Assembly (NCBI RefSeq): GCF_036321535.1
Contig: NC_087436.1
Coordinates: 50,036,001-50,100,000 of the forward strand
Length of the DNA stretch: 64,000 nt
Source of the DNA: Camelus dromedarius
Lineage: Eukaryota
Reading direction: 5' to 3'
The position numbers were made by a program, and so were the translations under genes. Position 1 is the first letter of the stretch. Each line of letters starts with the position of its first letter. The notes beneath the pieces were generated by a model that was not told where the DNA came from, made no database searches, and saw only the letters and a list, made by a program, of their open reading frames with translations. Below are positions 1 to 13,240 of the stretch, one piece after another.

Positions 1-44
1 CTGCATTTGGCAAATTTAATGGTTATTGTTATTAATGGCTATTT

Positions 45-1160
45 TACTCACAACACACCAAATGTGTGTGGGGTTTTTCACAGCACTTCTCCAGCTCTCT
101 GACACCAACTGGGTGTTCAAGGATTCAATTCAATTCTGACACCAACTACCTGGAATTAGCATCAGATCCCACAGGTTACGGGCTGGTCCCACAAGACTGC
201 CCCCACTTTGGACCTCAATCAAAAGTCCCAGGCCTCCTGTACTTTTGACCTAATGGCTATAAGTCCTATAAGTCAAGGATTCCCACAATTATTGATTCCT
301 CCTCCGGTTCAGTAATTTGCTAGAATGGCTCACAGAACTCACTTACTGTTACCAGTTTATTTTAAAGGACACAACTCAGGAACAGCCCAATGGGAAGGAT
401 GCAAAGTATAAGGTATGCCAAGGTTGGGGACTGAGGATGGAGCGGGTGAGAAGTGTCCATGTCCTTGACGGCACCATTCTCCCAGCACCTCAATGTGCCC
501 ACTAACCCAGAAGCTCTCTGAACCAGTCGTTTAGGAGTTTTTATAGATTTCTTTGTGATCTTATGATTTATGATTTTTTATATGATTATGTAGGCATGAC
601 TGATTGAATCATTGGCCATCGATGATTGACTCAATATCCAGGGATGTGGAGAGAAGGGAGTGCTCTTTGGGTTACAGCCTCAGCTAAGTGTGACCCCAAA
701 AACCAATGCGAGCTCTGTCTCCAGCAGAATACATTTGGCAGATGGAGGAAACATCTGAGAATAAGAGTATGGCTGTTACAGGGATTGTGTAAACCTACTG
801 CTTTATCTTTTCCTGCCAGGTGTTATATATATGGTGATTTATGTTTTAATGTATTGGAAACTTTCCATTTTATTTAAGAAATCTGTTCCATGTTAAAAAC
901 CTTGATTAAAGAGGGGGTTTTCATAATCTAAAATCATATTGAGGATATTGTGGATAGCTGAAAATTCAACCTTCCAATCATGTCTTGGTCTTTCCGGTGA
1001 CCAGCCCTCACCCTGAAGCTCTCTAGGGGTCCTTAGTCCCCGTTAACCCATTAGCATACAAAAGACTCTCTTATCACTCCAGAGATTCCGAGGGTTTTAG
1101 GATCTGCATGCCAAGGAACTAGGAACAAAGATAAAATATATATTTCCTATTATGTTACAA
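45..1160. mobile_element. MER21-type ERVL-class solo LTR, interrupted by a ~300-bp foreign insert (642-940)
   Basis: Motifs recalled from the MER21 consensus: 'caattcaattctgacacc..tacctgga..tagcatcagatcccacaggtt', 'aatttgctagaatggctcacagaactca', 'ggtgaccagccctcaccctgaagct', and the terminal 'tatatatttcctattatg'. Confidence 0.75.
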
Positions 1161-1169
1161 CACACATAT

Positions 1170-1710
1170 TAAAAAAGGTCTCAAACCAATATCCTAACTT
1201 TATACTTCAAGGAACAAGAGAAAGAAAAGGAATCCCCTCTCAAAATAACAATAATAGTGGGAGAGGCTGTGTGTGTGAGGAGGCAGCGGGTATATGGGAA
1301 ATCTCTGTACCTTCCACTCAATTTTGCTGTGACACTAAAACTACTCTAAAAAAAAAGGTTTATTAAAAAAAGAAGAAATAAATGTCTGCTATTTGCCACA
1401 AAATGAACCTTAAAGGAATAAAAACAGACACAAAAAGACAAATATTATATGATTCTGCTTACATGAAATATATAGAATAAATAAATTTATAGTGACAGAA
1501 AGTAGATTAGAGTTTACCAGGGACCGAGGAGAGGAAGGAATAGGAAGTTATTGTTAATGTACTTTTGAAGATCTGGAGAAGTTTTGAAACTAAACAGTGA
1601 TAATGGTAGTATAACATTGTGCATGTAATTAATGCTGTTATATTGCACATTTAAAAAAAGGTTAAAATAGCAAATTTTGTTTTATACATATTTTACCACA
1701 CAAATTTTTT
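1170..1710 (+). mobile_element. Cluster of old L1 fragments (short ORF2 piece plus two L1MB/MC-type 3' UTR ends)
   Basis: 'gggtatatgggaaatctctgtaccttccactcaattttgctgtg...aaaactactctaaaaa' and 'gacaaatattatatgattc...gacagaaagtagattagagtttaccaggg...tattttaccac' are typical L1M 3' UTR motifs with A-rich tails. Confidence 0.75.
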
Positions 1711-1844
1711 TTTAAGTTTTTAAAAAGACCATGAAAGTATAGTTTAGCCTCCTACATGCAGTCTAGAATTATCTGGCAAGATAATACCATAAGGAAAGTT
1801 AATGTTTTCCTTAGGATTTTTAATTATTTTCCTTATACATACGT

Positions 1845-2040
1845 TTTTATTGTGGTATAACATTTATGTGTACAGTTTGCTCAGTTTTGACAAATATATG
1901 GACTCTGAAACCATCACCTAATCAAACTATATAATAGTCATATTAAAAATTTCCATTAAAAATTCCTTTCTGAAATTTTCCTATCAAACACCACCACCAC
2001 CACCAGAAGCAACTGCTGTTCTGATTTGTGTCACAATTGC
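1845..2040 (-). mobile_element. L1ME-type 3' end fragment
   Basis: 'ttttattgtggtataacat...gtgtacagttt..cagttttgacaaatata...aaccatcacc' is the reverse complement of an old L1 3' end. Confidence 0.55.
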
Positions 2041-5000
2041 TTTAAATATCCTTTTAGCATCCTCATTAGCATATCAGCTATAAGCTGGATTTGAAGGCCA
2101 TTAAGGCAAGATTGGGTCAGGAATAAAAAAGATAAACTGCAGAGAAGTAAAAGGAAAGCCCATCTACCTCTTGATGGTCCAGGGGAAATATCGACCTGCG
2201 ATGCAGCATATTAAAATGAATTCGGCGTGTGAGTGAGGCCGGGAAGAGGAAAGCACTGAAGTTAGCTCTCCTAATCAACTGTAATAGATGACTACCGTCA
2301 CACACAGGACCCAGAAATAGCTCAGAGTCTGACCGGCTTGTCAAATTTAAGATAATGGAGTAAAGCGTATCTGCATAAAAGGCTACTGAAAGGACTGCGA
2401 AAGTCAAGGCAAAAAGGCGACTGATGCCTTACCTGAAGACACCTACAGTGCTCCCCAGAGCCAATGTGAAGCCCAAAGAGCTAAGGAGGATGAGAGAAAA
2501 CACCATTCCAGCCAAAAGAAACAAAAACCCGGGTTGTAGAGCCAGAGTTCAACCACAAATGGAGCAGAGCAGACCGACCCCAATGAGCAGGTGCCATTGT
2601 CCTGAGAAGAGTAGGTGCCGGCCAGTCTACACCAAAGAAGGGCACAAGGACTTGGAAAGGGGACGCTTCTGCTTTGTGCCACAGACCCACCTCAGTATTC
2701 TCTCCTTCTGATCACCTAAATATCCTTTAGCTTAAGAAGTGGCCAAAAGGCATCCATCTGAGATATTGTCTAAAGGCTTGTTTAAATCATTGGCTATAGA
2801 TTAGACATTTAGTTTAATTATCTGCCCTGCTGACCAATGATATGGGGCTTAGAAGGAAAGCCAGATTAGTTATTGACAAAAAATAAAATAGTTACACTTT
2901 CTGTGAACATTTGAGTAGCTATGTGAGTTATATTTGTAGCCTGCTGCCATTGCATTCAAGGGCCAGGTTGAATAAAAATTATGAACTATATCTTTAAAAA
3001 TTGGAGTCATAGCTGGCAAAGATGACATAACCAAACTACTTAAGTTGTCCTTACACTCTTTTCTGAACTGGTGTTTGTAGTAGAAATTTTGAGCATTCAT
3101 ACCATTCTTAGGCTTGAACCCTGGTTATTTTCACTTGACAGTATGAAATGAAAATTTTACATGTTTAAATATTCTCTAAAAATATATTTTTTAATATCTG
3201 TACAATATTCAAATGAATTTACTGAAATGTGTTTACATATTCTCCTATATTTGAATATGAAATCAGATTTTGCAATGATAGGAATAATATAAATGTATAG
3301 CCAATTTATACAGTATCTCTAAATACTAATTTAGTGTGTTTTTCCTAAAATTGGAATTTGTGAGTCAAAATACAGGAAGATTTTAAAAGTTAGCTTATAC
3401 TGCCAAATTGCTTTCCAAAAGCTCTGTGAAAATTTATCCAGCTACCAGTAGGAAAGAAAATGCCAATCATAAAGAGTGCCCTTGCCAGGATGATATACTA
3501 TCATTGTGAATCTTTTCTAATTGGACAGGTCAAACATGGTATCACCTTTAATCAGAACATTTTATAACCACTGAGCAGTAAGATGATGGATGGTTACTGG
3601 AAGACACCAGTGAAGACCTGCTTTCTGGACCTGGAAATCCTAAGGATGCCATTTAAAACCGGGCTACAGAGCCTGTGTTTTTAATCTAGTATTGTTCTAG
3701 GGCTCAACTTACTTAGAAGAATATGCCATGGTCAAATTGTATAAAATAGACTATTTTTCCTTTTCAAAGGCTAACATTCATTGTCCCAGATTCCAGGTCA
3801 TTAATGATAACATTTTTAATGGGGCTTGATTTATTTGAATTATACATCTTTTGAAATAGTTTGAATATTACTGTTCTTTTATTAGGGAACTTTTTTAGGT
3901 CACCTATGGTCAGGCACTATGTTAGGTGCTGCTATATCAAAGATAGCCTTTGTTTTCAAGATATTCATAATCTTAGGGAGTAGGAGAAAGCAGGAGGCGT
4001 GTGAATATACAGTCAACTACAGCATAGTTCTCTTAATATTCATTAGAGGTAAAGAGAATTATGTATAAGGACTTATAATAAAACAATGAACTTGGAATCT
4101 CAAGAGAGCAGTTTACCTCTACGTCCTCCGTAAATTTCCTGGTACGTAGCTGACATCAAACATGGTCCATAGTTCCTTGTTCAGATAAAATTTGTTGACA
4201 ATAGGGACAAATATCAAGCATTTGTTAGCATGTTCACAAATAATAATATTTGTATATTTTCAACATATGTACAAATAATAATAATTATTATAAGTAGATA
4301 TAAATATCAGTCCATTATTAACATGTATATAAATAATAGTGTTTGCTATCCCTTAGACATGCTTATCAGGGGACCTCGCTCACTCCACAATTGACCACTG
4401 ACAAAATCCAAGCACAATTTTTTGAGGGACAACTTCAGTTTATCAGCTTTTTAGGACTATTTACTTGGACAGAGATTGTTAAGGCTCACAAATTACAAAC
4501 ATTTTGCCTTTATTGACAAATATCTCTCTTTTCTTCTTTTACATTTTACACAACAAACTTACTCACCTCTTCACAAATTATCTTTGATTGTATGTCTTTT
4601 TTTTTTAATCACCAAAGCCGTGTTTGGTGATAGAGTATCCTGAGTACTTTGCCTTGTTTCTGTTTCACTTGAATACTCTTTGATTGCTGGAAACTTAACC
4701 CCAGGCCTTAGGTATCCATTCTTATAGTTTTAAGGGGTGGCTATGCATTTGTCCTCTAGGTGTACATTTGTATTTCCTGCAACTTGACCACTCATTGTAT
4801 CAATATTTCATCTTTAAAGAAAAGATATCAAATTCTTATGATTTTAGGTCATATTTCAAGAATAAAATTCACATTATTCACATTAAATTTCTTTTCTCCC
4901 TGTCCCTTCTGTCTCTCTGTCTTCAAAATTCCATCACAGAGATTCTATAAGCATCCAACACTGTTATTAACTGAACAATTTTCAAGCTATGTTGTCTTCA

Positions 5001-7859
5001 ATAAATAAGACTTTATTTTCAAAATAAAGTAAAAATGAGAATACCCTGTAATAGTAGAGGCTTCATAATGATTTTAGTCAGAAGATTCCCTCTTTCCAAC
5101 AAAGTAATTTGGGGGAAATTTTGCCTTACATTAAGATTTAAAATGTCATTCTGCTTGGAGAAGATAAAATTGAAATTGGCCTTAAAGTATAGTTTCAACA
5201 GGAATTTTTTTCACATAGGTAATGGGCAGTTCAGAAACAGAGGTTTGTAAATTCTTGTTCTGTTAAGGCACTGGAACTAGTCAAATACGGAAAAGGCATG
5301 GAGCATTCACTATATCCAACTTAAAGTCCTATTAGGGACAATGTGAGGGGTTTTGAAGTTCATGTTTGTTGACTTGCTTTTCTCAAAATTTTTTAAGTAT
5401 GAGCAAAGGAAATTAGTACAATATCTTGCTACAAATTCTAGACTGTAAAGTCCTTAAAAGAAGAAACTTCTATGTATCTCTGTTGAACTGATGAATTAAC
5501 TAGCTATTTTTATTTCCTCAATTTTTGTGTTGCTTTGTTTATCTGGATATTACCAACACATATTTCCCCCATACTTTAAACCTCCTACACTCACATCGGT
5601 GGAAAGTGAGAATGCATGCCCAGTATCTTCTATCTACTTTAAAGCCTTTAAGCCCATAACCTGTGTGCTCAGTCAAGGATGTTAATTGCATGAGAATAAG
5701 AAAATGGCAATTTCCAGAGCTGATATTCCATTAGCTCTTCATGAGGGTGAATGAAAAGGGTGGAGAATGACCTAAAAATGTAGATTAGCTTGGTCTGGAA
5801 ATGTAATGAACTTCTAACTGAACATAAGCTAAATTCAGATTCCTAATAAAAATGGAAACGAGCCAGTTTTTAGCTCTCATTACCAAAATTTTGTATGGCT
5901 CCAGTCTTTACTCATTTCATACTGTAAGATGTCTGTTCTGGCATACCTTGGTGTCTTCTGAGTTAAAAAAATAATTAAGTCCTCTAAACTTTATATACCT
6001 TGTCATAGGAAATTTAGAAAAGAGCATCTCATCACATCTTAATTACATTTAATTTATGTGTATACTACCAGCACCTAATTTTATAACTGATACAGTGTGT
6101 GATGAACATACATATTTTAGAAAAAATGAATGAATAACCATATTTATGATTTTGACATGTATACTATTATTGTAATCAATGTAAAAATGGGCTAATTTTT
6201 ATTTTTTTAAATATTTAAGGGCACTAATAAGAATAAAATTTAATTAGAAATTTAGATTAATGGTGTTAAGAAATAAAATTACCCTTCCAAATGGATATTA
6301 ATAGAACTTTCTGTATTAATATCTTTGAAAAACATATGAAAGAATATTGTAATATATACTAATAAAACATTGCAATAGAGCTACAGTTAACAGCTTTTAT
6401 TATTCGGGCAATGCTTAACACAGGATGCAATAAAATACTAGTACAACCGTATAATTTGGACAATCTTAGAGAGCTTATAGAGTTCATGAGAATTAAAATT
6501 GTTTTGCACAAAGGACTTAGAGGTTAAGATCAAGACATATTTTATAATTGATTTAGTAATTAGGATGATTTCCCCTCAAGGCTCTGCTGGTTTCTGAAGG
6601 GAAATGGGGTATTAACATAGACTAGGTTAGAGGGGCCAGAGCATGTGTACTGTTGTCCATTCCAATGAATGTGACCTGTTTCTTACTCTCTTTTTGGAGG
6701 GGATAGAAAGGATGCATTCACCAAAGCAATGATCATAGAAGTCATAATGGTGTCCCACTGAGCATAAGACTCCACGTATTGCCTGGTCACTATGGACTCC
6801 TCAGCAAAAGTGATTGGTCCTCACTGCTGTGTGAAGCTAGGGTTGCTGCCAGAGAAGAATGATGAAGAGGAGTGTGTCTGGGGCTGTGTGAACTCACAGG
6901 AGACTCTCTTTTTCCTTCTGTGCTTAGTGATTAACACAGGAGGGCCAGTTAGAGCAAGTGTGGTCTGATAAGTCCAAAGCGACCAAAAGCTCAGACCTTC
7001 ACCGATGAAATCAGCTCACCACACCATGAAAGCAACCTAGACCAGTCAAAGAGCCGGCTGAGTGTTTGGGAAATCTGATCTCATGGTGGAGGGAGGGAGT
7101 GATAAATATCAATTATCACCTCAGGACCAGTTGCCGTAATAGAGACTGTAACTTACCTAGAGTCCTTCCTGTCAGAAGCCTTTTCCTTTTTTCCCTCAGT
7201 AATCTCAACTAGCCACCACCTTGAAGTGTCAGTAACAAAATGATTTTTATGTGCAGCATGCCTAGATCTGAGCAGTAAAGGAGTTGCCGAACAAATGCAC
7301 GTTCTTATTTTAGAAAGAAGAAAATGGCTTTCCTTACAAAGGTACATTTGAGCAGAAAAGGCATGATTATTATTGACTGTCTATCTTTATCTGAATATGT
7401 AAGGCTTTTTTTCTACTAGATCTAAGTATGCCTTATGGTTGTCACTTAATTTTGGTGTTTTGCTTCTTTTTCTTTTGTTTTTAGCATACTCCAGAAAACT
7501 TAGTGGTTATTCACCAAGGCATATAGGAAATCAACTTATTTCAAACAACATTGTAAGTAATAGATTCTCCAAGTCCTGAATCTAAATCCTAGAATTGTTG
7601 CAATCTCTCCATATCTTCTTGGTTCTCTTGATATATCCCAAATTTGTGCTAACTGTTCAGGGAGGCTGGCTGTCTCCGAGTTGTATTCATTTAGACAAGG
7701 AGCAGATACCATCTTCTCACCCACAGACCCACAACCTTTGGGTTTTTCATGTCTACCCTTTTAACTCTTTATTCTTTAGTTTTTTGAATTCATATAATTT
7801 GAATAAGTGAATATTGACACTTCCATCCTTACAACCTTCCAACAGCTTTATATTATTTT

Positions 7860-8100
7860 CAAAATAAAATCCACAAATCCCCAACTCTGGTGCAGGAGGT
7901 TGTAAATGATCTAATACCTGCTTATTTTTCCAAAATCTTTCTCTCTCTTTCTCACTCACACTCTCTCTCACACACACACATACACACACACACAGAATCT
8001 CTCTCTCTCTCTCTTTCTCTCTTTTTCTTCTATTCAGCCACACTGGCTTTTTTTTTTTTTTAATTTCAAATACCAAACTTGTTCCAAACTGAAAGCCTCT
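7860..8100. repeat. Compound (CT)n/(CA)n microsatellite (~7940-8020) within a degenerate L2-like fragment
   Basis: CT and CA dinucleotide runs are directly visible; flanking 'ctattcagccacactggc' resembles L2. Confidence 0.75.
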
Positions 8101-8499
8101 ATGTGTAGGTGTGATACTAGGTTAGATATGATAGGTATGTGTAAGTGTGTTCTATTACCTGTGAATTTTATTTCATAATGGAATTTTTACAAAATGCTGG
8201 TTACGAAGAGGAGGGCTGAGTCTAACAGTATGAGAACCACTGAGAAGAGGAAGAGCTTTCTTGATAGTGATGGGGTTTTCCAAAATGGTGAATAACTGTT
8301 AGTGATATGCCTCAAAAAAAGGAAAAAAAAACCTGCAATTTTCCTTAATTTATAAGGTTGTGTCATTCCTGTAAAAATTTCATAAATGTTAAATCCATGC
8401 CAAAGGTACTTTGAGTTTATTTGTAAAACATCATTAAGCTCTTGGCTCAGATTTACTTCTTGTCTCAGATCATTATGAGCAGGTACTTCATTTACAGGT

Positions 8500-8720
8500 A
8501 TGTCCTGCGGGGCACTTAAAGGACATAAGGAATGCAGCACAGTTCATCACTGGGCAGGCTGCCCGCCCAGGGCAGAATGACCACAAGGGCAGGCCTCCGT
8601 CCACTCCGTGCCAACACCTCGGCGCTCCAATAATGGTGGCAAACAAAACACCACTAGGAGGCAGATCCCTTTTGCGAATTACCACCCAGTCTATCCAATG
8701 GCTCGTTTCCTTTCTTTATT
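8500..8720 (+). promoter_or_regulatory. Candidate CTCF-bound/promoter-like element
   Basis: CCACTAGGAGGCAG at 8651-8664 matches the CTCF core. GC box GCCCGCCC at 8561-8568, CCAAT at 8627-8631 and 8695-8699, and local CpG enrichment. Confidence 0.5.
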
Positions 8721-9609
8721 CTGGTCTCTGCTCAGATTTACAGCTCAGAAATGTGGCCACATAAATAAACTAAGGTATGGGCTATAAAAAATACCCCTCT
8801 CTTTCTAAAAATAGCAACATAAATATAGTATAGATCTGATAGAGACCTAATGGTCAGTCCAACTGCAAGTAAGGGAAGTGGTGAAGCAAGACGACTAAAG
8901 GTTGCTGGTGTGATGGAGGCAGGTTCCAGGAGGAACAGTGTTGTCACAACTAAGGCCCCAGAACCACCTGTGAGATCGGGGCCACCTGGAACTTGAATGA
9001 GATTGCTCAAGGATATAACTAGCCTTCATAACTGCATCGACTTCCGAGAAAAGGAAGCAGCAGCAGCATTGTGGCTACGAGCCCCAATTTCGGAATCAGA
9101 TACGCTAAAGCACAAATCTCCTTAGCAAGAACCTTTAGTTGGAGAAACTCTGAGCTGAAGAAAACAATTCAGCATGGATTACAAAATAAAATCCTATAAT
9201 CAAATTTTCTTAAACTATGTAGAGGACAATTTGGATGGAAATAAGTAATTCGAATATTGGTTAAAAGCAAGAATGTTGCCATTTGATGGCCCCAGGATTC
9301 TTCTGTTGGGTTTCTAGAATATAAATCAGCGAACTCATTTCAATTATGCAGACATGTATTGGACTTGTGATGTACTACACCTTGTCTGAACTACACTCCC
9401 CAGAATTCCCTTTTCAGGTTAGGGTGAGCTGCAAATGTCTCAGGTTAGCATGGGCTACAAAGAAGCGGTTGTCGTTTTAAAGCAGCATATATATACATCC
9501 TCCCAAATTATTCAATCTAAAATAAATTTGGGTGCTGCTGTGATTTTGTAGATATTCCAGTAATGCAAGTTTTGTGAATGCCCCTCTGTTGTAATCTAAG
9601 TAAGAATAG

Positions 9610-9780
9610 CATTCAGTCATTCGTTCATTTATTCAATTAATAAATATTTATTCAGGGGCTACTTGGTGCTGAGCACCCTGATGAGTCCTGGGGTTACAGC
9701 CATAAACAAGAAAGACTAGTGTTTATCTTTTCATAGATATTTGAATTATTGGGTAGATAGACATCAAATAAATACTCAAT
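9610..9780 (-). mobile_element. L2 3' end
   Basis: 'attcagtcattcgttcatttattcaattaataaatatttattc...ctggggttacagccataaacaag' is the reverse complement of the L2 terminus with its (AATG)n tail. Confidence 0.65.
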
Positions 9781-10499
9781 TTGAAACAGAAATGACAGTA
9801 GAAAATGAAGTTTAATTCAGTTTCTTTGCAAACAATTAACTCTTAAATCCCCTGTGAAGCATTTTATAGTTCTTCTAAGGTGGAATTTTTTCCCCTCACT
9901 TCTGTCCTACCCAGGGCAGCCCTTATTTACATTGGAATTTGTGTTTATTTGTATCTGGGACATAACCCCATATACTTATTAGATTTCAAGTCAACTGCAG
10001 TGTAATCTTAATAAGTGAAGAGAATTTGTTTTGTCACAACTAAATCTCCGTCTCATAGACATAAAAGTGTACCAAGAACATAAAAGTGTTCAACAACTAT
10101 TTGTCGAATGAATAAAAGACTGTCACATCCACGTGTATGTCCTTCTTTGAGGGAGAATTGGGTTGTACATCAAGCACCCAACACAGCCACTTTATGCTAC
10201 TCGGATTCATTTCTTCATATGTGTCTTGGGAGCATTTTTTAAAATTTTGAGGCAAATTTAAAACATCAAGGTTAATGAGATGAACCACAGCCACCACTGC
10301 TGCGGCTCTAAGGCACTCAAGGGCTCTAACCATGTTCTCCTTTTGTTACTCAGTTTCTGTATGTCCTTAACCTTCATCCCTGTTTGTCTCGGCATCTCTC
10401 CTGACTTTCATCCTCTCTTCTCCATCCTTCATTCTGAGCCCCTGATCACTCTATCTTTTCCAAGTCAGGGTTGCTATCTTGGTTCAATGACCCCAAAGT

Positions 10500-13240
10500 T
10501 CCCAGGTGGCAATTTTAACCATCAACTGCCTTTCTCTTCCTATGATTTTGGGTTTTTTTTTTTTTTTAGATTCCACATCTAAGTGACATCTAAATTTTGT
10601 CTTTCTGTTTGACTTATTTCACTCAGCATAAGGCCTTCAAGGTTCATCCGTGTTGTTGAAAATGGCAGGGTTTCCTTTTTTATGGCTGAATAATATATCA
10701 TTGTATACATACCACATCTTCTTTATCCATTCATCTGTTAGTGGACACTTTGGTTGTTTCTATGTCTTGGCTACAGTGAACATGGGAATGTAAGAATCAC
10801 TTCAAAAAATTGATTTTGTTTTCTTTGGATGTATAACAAGAAGTGGGATTACTGAATCACATGGCAGTTCTGTTTTTAATTTTTTGCAGAACTTCCATAC
10901 TGCTTTGTATAATGGCTGTAACAATTTACATTCCCACCAGCAGTATGAAAGTTCCCTTTTTTCCACAAACTTACGAGCACTTGTTATATCTTGTCTTTTT
11001 GATGACGGCTTTTCTAGCGGGTGTGAGGTGACACATCATTGTGCTTTTGATTTGCATCTCCCTGCTGGTTCATGATGTTGAGCACCTTTTTATGTACCTG
11101 TTGTCCATCTTTGGAAAAATATCTATTCTGTTCCTTCACACATTTCTTAGTCAATTTTTGGCTACTGAGTATGTTTGAGTTCCTTATATAATTTATATTT
11201 AAACCCCTTATTACATATGTGGTTTGGAAGTATTTTCTCCCATTCAGTATGTTGCCTTTTCATTTTATGATCATTTCTTTCACCTTGCAGGAGATTTTGG
11301 TTTGATGTAGTCCCACTTGTGTATTTTTGCTTTTGTTGCTTGTGCTTTTGGTGACATAGTCATAAAATCATTGCTAAGATCAATGTCAAAGAGATTTTTC
11401 ACTATGTTTACTTTTAGGAATTTTCTAGTTTCAGATCTTACATTTAAATTTTTAATCCATTTTAAGTTAATTTTTGTGACTGGTGTAAGATAGGCATCCA
11501 GTTTCATGCTTTTGCATATGAATATCCAGTTTCCCAACACCATTTATCAAAGGGACTGTATCTTCCCAACTGAGTATTCTTGGTTCCCTGTTAAATATTA
11601 GTTGACCACTAATATCTGGTTTATATTTGGGGTCGCAATTCTATTCCATTGGTCTACATGTTTCTTTTTATGCCAACACCATATAGTTTTAATTCTTATA
11701 GTTTTGTAACAGGTTAAAATCAGAAAGTCTGATGCCTCCAGCTGTCTTTTTCTTTCTTAAGAATGCCTTTGTTATTTAGGTCTTTTGTGGTTCCATACCA
11801 GTTTTAGGATTATTTTTTCTATTTCTGTGAAAAATATCATTTACATCTTGACAGTGATTACATTAAATACATAGGTATCTTTAGGTAGTATAGACTTTTT
11901 AAAAATGTTAATTTTTAAAACCATGAATGGAGGATATCTATTTATTTACTTTCTTTTCAGTATCTTTTATTGCTGTATTATAGTTTCCAGCATACAGCTC
12001 TTCCACCTCCTTTGTTAAATTTATTTCTAAGTATATTACTGTTTTAGAGGCACTTGTAAATGGAATTATTTTCTTTATTTCATTTTCAGATAATTTGTTA
12101 TTAATGTGTAAAAACACAACTGATTTTTGTATGTTGATCTAGTATCCTGCAACATTACTTCGTTTGTTTATTAATTCTATTAGTTTTTTAGTGGAGTCTT
12201 TAGGGTTTTCTATATATATTATGTCATCTGCAAACAGAGATGTTTTACTTTTTTCTTTCCAATTGGATGCCCCCTTTTTCTCTCACTCCTCTCTTCCTGC
12301 TTTGTCTAGAATTTCTAGCACTGTGTTGAATAGGAATAGTAAGAGTGAAGACTCTTGTCTTATTTTTGATTTTAGAAGAAAATCTTTCAACATTTCACCA
12401 TCGTGTATGGTGTTAGCTGTGATCTCATATATGGTCTATATTATATTGCAGTATGTGCTTTCTATACACAACTTGGTGAGTTTCTGTGAAACTTAGGTGA
12501 ATGAAATTGAATTATGTCAAATGATTTGTCTGCATCTATCAAAATGATCATATGATTTTTATTTTCCTTCTATTAATAAGATGACTCACATCAATCACAT
12601 TAATGATTTGCATTGTATTTGTGCAAATATAATTGATTTGCATGTATTATGCCAAACTTACATTCCAAGGATGAATCCCATGTGATTATGGCGTATGATC
12701 CTTTTAACGTGCTATTGAACTGGCTGGTATTTTGTAAGAATTTCTGCATCTATATTTACCAGGGATATTGTTTTTCTTTTCTTGTAGTGACCTTATTGGG
12801 CTTTGTTATCAGGGTAATACTGGCCTTGAAAAATGAGTTTGGGAGTTGAAACTTTGGAAAAGTTTGAGAATGATTGGCGTTCATTCTTCTTTAAATGTTT
12901 TGTAGAACTCATCAGTGAAACCATCTGGCTCTCGGCTTTTCTTTATTGTAAATTATTGATTGAATCTCCTTATTTGCTATTGGTCTATTCTGGTTTCCTA
13001 TTTCTCTATGATTCATTCTTGGTAGGTTGTATGTTTCTAGGAATTCATCCATTTCTTCTAGGTTATTCAGTTTGTTGGTTTATCATTGTTCATAGTCACC
13101 TCGATGATCCTTTGTATTTCTGTGGTATCAGCTGTCTTCTCTTTCATCTGTGATTTTATTTATTTGAGTTCTCTCTCTTTTTTTCTTGATGAGTCTAGCT
13201 AAAGGTTTGTCTCTATTGTTTCTCCTTAAAAAACCAGCTA
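10500..13240 (-). mobile_element. L1 (L1MA-type) ~2.7 kb fragment: 3' part of ORF2 plus 3' UTR, degenerate
   Basis: ORF 11280-11543(-) 'GNWIFICKSMKLDAYLTPVTKINLKWIKNLNVRSET...PKAQATKAKIHKWDYIK' is L1 ORF2p C-terminal sequence. L1 antisense motifs are continuous, with many stops and frameshifts. Confidence 0.95.

Noticed and set aside
2424..2711. 95-aa basic ORF as a protein-coding exon or retrogene
   Set aside because: No recognisable family, and no poly(A) or TSD. Kept only as a possible regulatory or non-coding segment.
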